DNA from: an uncultured archaeon
Lineage (GTDB): Archaea > CAYFZR01
DNA length: 64,000 nucleotides
Direction of reading: 5' to 3'
Assembly (NCBI GenBank): GCA_964347835.1
Contig: CAYFZR010000032.1
Location: forward strand, 17,814 to 81,813
Shown here: piece after piece, positions 59,870-64,000 of the stretch
Layout: each line of letters starts with the position of its first letter
How positions within the stretch are numbered: the stretch's first letter is position 1
Made by a program: the position numbers and the translations under genes
Notes under the pieces: generated by a model
Seen by the model: only the letters and a program-made list of their open reading frames with translations
Database searches by the model: none
Told to the model about the DNA's origin: nothing

Positions 59870-60553
59870 GTGAATGAATTGAGAACGCCACTAATAGTAC
59901 TGAACTTCAAAACTTATATCGAGGCTACTGGAAAGAAGGCTTATGAATTATCAAAGACGTGTGAATATGTTTCTAAAGAATATGGGGTAGAGATTGCTGT
60001 AGCGCCTCAGACCGTGGATATACCTATGATGGAAGGTCTGGATATACCTTTACTCGCGCAACATATCGATCCCATCAAACCAGGAAGCAATACTGGAAGT
60101 ATATTGTTAGAGGCTTTAAAAGAGGCGGGCATAACTGGGACATTAATAAATCACTCAGAGAAGAGATTAGAAATTGCTGACATTGATTTTTTGGTCAAAA
60201 GATGTAGAGAGTTTAAGCTAGAAAATGTGGTGTGCACGAATACTGTTGAGGTTAGTAGAGCTATATCTGCTTTATCACCAGATTTTATTGCAATAGAACC
60301 GCCTGAACTCATTGGTACAGGGATACCGGTCTCTAAAGCAGATCCTGAGATTGTAGAAAATTCCGTAAAGGCAGTGAGGGAGATAGACCCCGAGGTTATA
60401 GTTTTATGTGGCGCTGGCATAAGTACAAATGAGGATGTAATAGCAGCGCTGAAATTAGGTTCAAAGGGTGTATTACTGGCTTCTGGCATTGTAAAAGCAA
60501 AAGATCAAAGAGAAGCATTAAAAAATTTAGTAGAAGGAATTAATGAATTGTAG
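59870..60553 (+). CDS. tpiA: Triosephosphate isomerase (short archaeal type)
   Basis: PLIVLNFKTY N-terminus, AIEPPELIGTG catalytic Glu region, 227 aa. Confidence 0.85.
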   Translation: MNELRTPLIVLNFKTYIEATGKKAYELSKTCEYVSKEYGVEIAVAPQTVDIPMMEGLDIPLLAQHIDPIKPGSNTGSILLEALKEAGITGTLINHSEKRLEIADIDFLVKRCREFKLENVVCTNTVEVSRAISALSPDFIAIEPPELIGTGIPVSKADPEIVENSVKAVREIDPEVIVLCGAGISTNEDVIAALKLGSKGVLLASGIVKAKDQREALKNLVEGINEL

Positions 60554-60561
60554 GGGAAAAT

Positions 60562-61803
60562 ATGTTAGAACTCGATTTTTTAACCATGGAAGATTTGGCG
60601 TTAGAAAAACGTGTAGTATTACTTCGAATAGATATTAACGTCCCTATAGAGCCTGAGAGTGGAGAGATACTGGATGATACTAGACTTATGAGTCATGCAA
60701 TCACTATAAAAGATCTTGTAAACGAGAATGCCAAAGTAGTTTTGTTATCTCATCAAAGTAGACCTGGAAGAGAAGATTTTACCACGTTAGAGACTCACGG
60801 AAAGCATTTAGAAGAAATATTAGACATGCATGTGGAATACGTAGATGATATCTTCGGAAGCAGAGCGAGAGATTCAATTAGGAGGTTAGATCCCGGGGAT
60901 GTATTATTACTGGAAAACACTAGATTTTACTCAGAAGAAAACTTGTGTATAGCGAAAAATATGATGAGTTCCACCCATTTTATAAAGGGCCTTTATCCAC
61001 TGGCAGATTACTTCATAAACGATGCGTTTTCAGCGTCACACAGAGCACATCTATCAATTGTAGGTTTTACAACCGTATTGCCATCTGCAGCAGGTAGGAT
61101 TATGGAAAAAGAAATTATGGCCCTTAATAAAGTACTAAAAAATCCCGAAAGACCGTGCATATTTTTGTTAGGTGGTGTAAAGGCGGATGATTCTTTTAAA
61201 GTTATAAAAAATGTCTTGGAGAATGGTAAGGCAGACAAGGTACTAACCACGGGAATTGTCGCGAACATATTCTTGCTCGCAAAAGGAGTTGATATAGGAA
61301 AGGTAAACATCGATTTTATAAAGGAAAGAAAATATGATGAACTGATAGAAGAATCAAAAGAGTTAATCAAAAAATACAGGGATAAAATAAGCACTCCTTA
61401 TGATCTCGCAATATCTAAGGATGGAGAGAGAGTTGAAGTATTGTTTACCGGCGTTCCCGACGACAAATTGATCTACGATATAGGCCTAGAAACCATCTTT
61501 CGGTATTCTAAGGAGATATATGGGGCATATACTGTTGTGGCAAACGGTCCTGCCGGTATTTTCGAAGAGAAGGGATTTGAAATCGGTACAGAAGAACTAA
61601 TGGGTGCAATATCAGGATCAAAAGCCTTTTCTGTAATAGGAGGAGGACATTTAGTAGCCGTAGCTGAAAGTGCAAACGTCAAAGATGACATTTCCCACGT
61701 ATCCACGGGAGGAGGAGCCTGTATCTCATACCTAGCAGGAGAGCCTTTGCCTGGTTTGGAGGCATTGAAAGAGGCGGCAGAAAGATTTAAGGTGCCCCGG
61801 TAG
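60562..61803 (+). CDS. pgk: Phosphoglycerate kinase
   Basis: RIDINVPI, ILDDTRL, GGVKADD, VIGGGHLV/STGGGA motifs. Confidence 0.9.
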   Translation: MLELDFLTMEDLALEKRVVLLRIDINVPIEPESGEILDDTRLMSHAITIKDLVNENAKVVLLSHQSRPGREDFTTLETHGKHLEEILDMHVEYVDDIFGSRARDSIRRLDPGDVLLLENTRFYSEENLCIAKNMMSSTHFIKGLYPLADYFINDAFSASHRAHLSIVGFTTVLPSAAGRIMEKEIMALNKVLKNPERPCIFLLGGVKADDSFKVIKNVLENGKADKVLTTGIVANIFLLAKGVDIGKVNIDFIKERKYDELIEESKELIKKYRDKISTPYDLAISKDGERVEVLFTGVPDDKLIYDIGLETIFRYSKEIYGAYTVVANGPAGIFEEKGFEIGTEELMGAISGSKAFSVIGGGHLVAVAESANVKDDISHVSTGGGACISYLAGEPLPGLEALKEAAERFKVPR

Positions 61804-61867
61804 CTTAGATCGGTAGAGCGGTTGACTTGTAATCAGCAGGTCGCGGGTTCAAATCCCGCTCGGGGCT
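61794..61867 (+). tRNA. tRNA-Thr (anticodon TGT), 74 nt
   Basis: Hand fold: GCCCCGG-TA-GCTT-AGATCGGTA-GAGC-G-GTTGA-CTTGTAA-TCAGC-AGGTC-GCGGG-TTCAAAT-CCCGC-TCGGGGC-T; 5' end overlaps the last pgk codons. Confidence 0.8.
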
Positions 61868-61877
61868 TCTTTTTTGA
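61868..61877 (+). terminator. oligo-T tract (TTCTTTTTTT) immediately 3' of tRNA-Thr
   Basis: archaeal-type T-run terminator. Confidence 0.35.
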
Positions 61878-61929
61878 GTTCAAAGCCTAGAAAAAAAGAA
61901 AATGCTAAAGCCCTCATAAAAGCTTTTTA

Positions 61930-62742
61930 TCATCCAAATAATTGTTCCCTTATTCTTTCAGGATCTATTTCTTTGAATTTTTCTTGGATTTTTCTGTTTA
62001 TTTTTTCTAAAGCTTCCCATAACTCTCTTATCTCAGGAGAAAGCATCCATTCCTCCGGTTTCGTTGAATATTCTTCTCCTTCACCTATAAAATTGTATAT
62101 GTAAACGACACATCCCCTGTATTCCTGTTGATTACCCTGCCAACGAGTAAATCTACCGGGGAATATTCCAGCTAGCCTGCTTCCTCCCCTTAAAGCCAAT
62201 ATCTGGGTAATATCATGCCACGTCTCTAAAAATGCGGTTAAATATTCAGCGCCTGATTCTTCAATTTTCTCACGTATTGCCCAACCCAATCCGTAGGTAA
62301 ATCTCTTTTTCCTATAATCTGGATGGGTTCCTAACAATGAATACTCTATCTCAAGATTTTTATCTTCCTTGGTAAGCAATGCAACTGTAACAAGTTTTCG
62401 AGTCTCTGTTTCCTCAACAACTGGCATACAGTGTTTTTTATTTAAACGATCTCCATCCCATGTTTCCCTTAACGCTACTTTCTCCTCGTATTCTTCAGGG
62501 AACAAAACAAATTCGTATGGAGATCCATATAACTCTGGATAGGACTGTCTCCATAATTCAGCCACCTCTTCCACATCACCTCTTCCAATCATTCTAACCC
62601 TGTATTTCCCGTTTAAAAAAGGGCCTAATGTAAAGTCAGGCCAAATAACCTTTTTTTCTTTTATTTTTCTCGTTTTACATGTTTTCCCCATCTCTTTGAA
62701 GGGACGATACTTTGACATATCCAACATCATAAAAAACACCAC
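61930..62742 (-). CDS. hypothetical protein, possible GNAT-fold acetyltransferase
   Basis: Weak motif-A-like HPDYRKKRFTYGLG; otherwise uncharacterised. Confidence 0.35.
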   Translation of the reverse strand: MVFFMMLDMSKYRPFKEMGKTCKTRKIKEKKVIWPDFTLGPFLNGKYRVRMIGRGDVEEVAELWRQSYPELYGSPYEFVLFPEEYEEKVALRETWDGDRLNKKHCMPVVEETETRKLVTVALLTKEDKNLEIEYSLLGTHPDYRKKRFTYGLGWAIREKIEESGAEYLTAFLETWHDITQILALRGGSRLAGIFPGRFTRWQGNQQEYRGCVVYIYNFIGEGEEYSTKPEEWMLSPEIRELWEALEKINRKIQEKFKEIDPERIREQLFG

Positions 62743-62946
62743 AGTTAACTCTACGCCGTTTATTATCTATTTATTCTAAATTCTTCTTAATTAATTTACA
62801 TTCCTGTATGCACAATTTATGATGAAAGAGTAAATCTCGACAAGCAGTCAATTCTAATTAAATAGGTTAGGTTTAAGTTATTTATATTTGTTATTATTTA
62901 TAGATCAATAATTTATAGATCAATAAAAAAAAGGAGGGGAATTTTC

Positions 62947-64000
62947 TTGAGGAGTATAATCTTTATTTTGGTAATAGCGATCATTGCCATGCCGTTTGCG
63001 CTTTGTTTTAACGGGATATATCCTACAATAACACCAGTTCCTAAACCAACATTCCCGCCTCTAACCACAACGCCGCCTCCACTCCCGACTCCTCCTCCTA
63101 CAACAACTCCTCCTCCTACAACAACGCCGCCTCCGACATTACCACCAGCAAAACCAGATTTAAGAGTTACAGAAATATCATGGAGTCCTACTACCCCTTA
63201 CACAGCTCAACCTACAATCATAAGGGTTAAAGTGAAAAACTCGGGCACTAAAAGCGCGATGGCATACGTAAAGATCTACATAGGACGAATAATTTGTGGA
63301 AAATCTTTAGGAACTCTAGGACCGGGAGATGCTGGGACATTAACTTTTTCTGGTTGCGTCATTTCATTCTCCGCTCCAGGAACCTATTCAATAACCGCAA
63401 TTGTAGACCCTGATGATGATGTAGCAGAGTCGAACGAGGGTAACAACGAGGAAACCAGAGAAATAACGGTAAAAGAGGAAATTAAGGGTGGAATAAAGGG
63501 GACAGTTCTCTGCGGAGGAAATCCCTTGTCCAACGCTCAACTTACTATAACGGGTCCGAGTCCTTCTACTGCGATAGCATGGTCAGGCTTTTCAGATGCA
63601 GCAGGAAATTATGATACGGGCTTAACTCTCTCTCCAGGCACGTATAAAGTTATTATAGCCAAGTCAGGTATAAGTTTCACGCCCACAACCGTCACGTTAT
63701 CCGTCAATCCAAATCTCTATTCTACTCAAAACTTCGCGTGCGTAGAATTAGAGGAAAAAGGAGGAATAAAAGGAACAGTACTCTGCGGAGGAAATCCCTT
63801 GTCCAATGCTCAACTTACTATAACGGGACCGAGTCCTTCTACTGCGATAGCATGGTCTGGGTTTACTGATTCAGCGGGAAGTTACGATACAGGTCTAACT
63901 CTCTCTAAAGGCACATACACGGTAAAAGTAAGCTTTACAGGACAAAGTTTTACTCCATCTCCGGGTACCGTAATAGTTAGTTCAAATAATTATGCGATTC
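62947..64000 (+). CDS. Secreted surface protein (3'-partial at window end): signal peptide, P/T-rich linker, CARDB domain, then tandem 91-aa Cna-B/carboxypeptidase-regulatory-like repeats
   Basis: TTG start after GGAGGGG RBS (not in track); TTTPPPLPTPPPTTTPPPTTTPPP linker; CARDB hallmark DLRVTEISW...VDPDDDVAESNEGNNE; repeats GGIKGTVLCGGNPLSNAQLTITGPSPSTAIAWSGF. Confidence 0.6.
   Translation, partial: MRSIIFILVIAIIAMPFALCFNGIYPTITPVPKPTFPPLTTTPPPLPTPPPTTTPPPTTTPPPTLPPAKPDLRVTEISWSPTTPYTAQPTIIRVKVKNSGTKSAMAYVKIYIGRIICGKSLGTLGPGDAGTLTFSGCVISFSAPGTYSITAIVDPDDDVAESNEGNNEETREITVKEEIKGGIKGTVLCGGNPLSNAQLTITGPSPSTAIAWSGFSDAAGNYDTGLTLSPGTYKVIIAKSGISFTPTTVTLSVNPNLYSTQNFACVELEEKGGIKGTVLCGGNPLSNAQLTITGPSPSTAIAWSGFTDSAGSYDTGLTLSKGTYTVKVSFTGQSFTPSPGTVIVSSNNYAI
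63487..64000 (+). repeat. Intragenic tandem repeat, period 273 bp (copy 2 from 63760 runs off the window), first about 100 nt of each copy nearly identical
   Basis: ggtggaataaaggggacagttctctgcggaggaaatcccttgtccaacgctcaacttactataacggg versus ggaggaataaaaggaacagtactctgcggaggaaatcccttgtccaatgctcaacttactataacggg. Confidence 0.8.

Overview
The window is a chromosomal segment of a low-GC (about 35-38%) anaerobic archaeon with Euryarchaeota-type gene order (Thermococci/Methanococci-like synteny). I did not assign the organism.

Conserved housekeeping blocks:
- leuS-alaS-P1-P0-L1-L11-Spt5-SecE-FtsZ on the minus strand.
- L18e-L13-S9-tRNA-Pro-S2-Memo-mvk-ipk-fni-idsA.
- L7Ae-S28e-L24e-ndk-aIF5B-S6e-aIF2gamma-PIN-RpoE-Spt4-DPCK-S24e-S27ae.
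- tpiA-pgk-tRNA-Thr.

Accessory or unusual content interleaved with these:
1. A TrmB-regulated ABC exporter with a CARDB/COG1361-like surface protein.
2. An oxygen/ROS detoxification cluster: FprA flavodiiron protein, rubrerythrin, an untracked 54-aa rubredoxin, superoxide reductase and a ferritin-like protein.
3. A redox module: a Cys-rich protein, a glutaredoxin fused to an FTR-like catalytic domain with a long membrane-anchored C-terminal domain, and a 2x[4Fe-4S] ferredoxin.
4. A TusA-DsrE-IscS-IscU-small Cys ORF-Nfu cluster in which IscS naturally lacks the PLP-binding lysine.
5. A decayed tyrosine-integrase remnant flanked by two transglutaminase-like proteins.
6. A roughly 2.7-kb GC-rich (about 50-55%) island encoding a 769-aa penta-heme c-type cytochrome next to an intron-containing tRNA-Met(CAT).
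7. A roughly 72-nt G5/C5-bounded intergenic element present at two distant loci.
8. Several structured tandem repeats, including a duplicated hairpin unit in the rps2 leader.

No CRISPR array was found. No intact mobile element was found.
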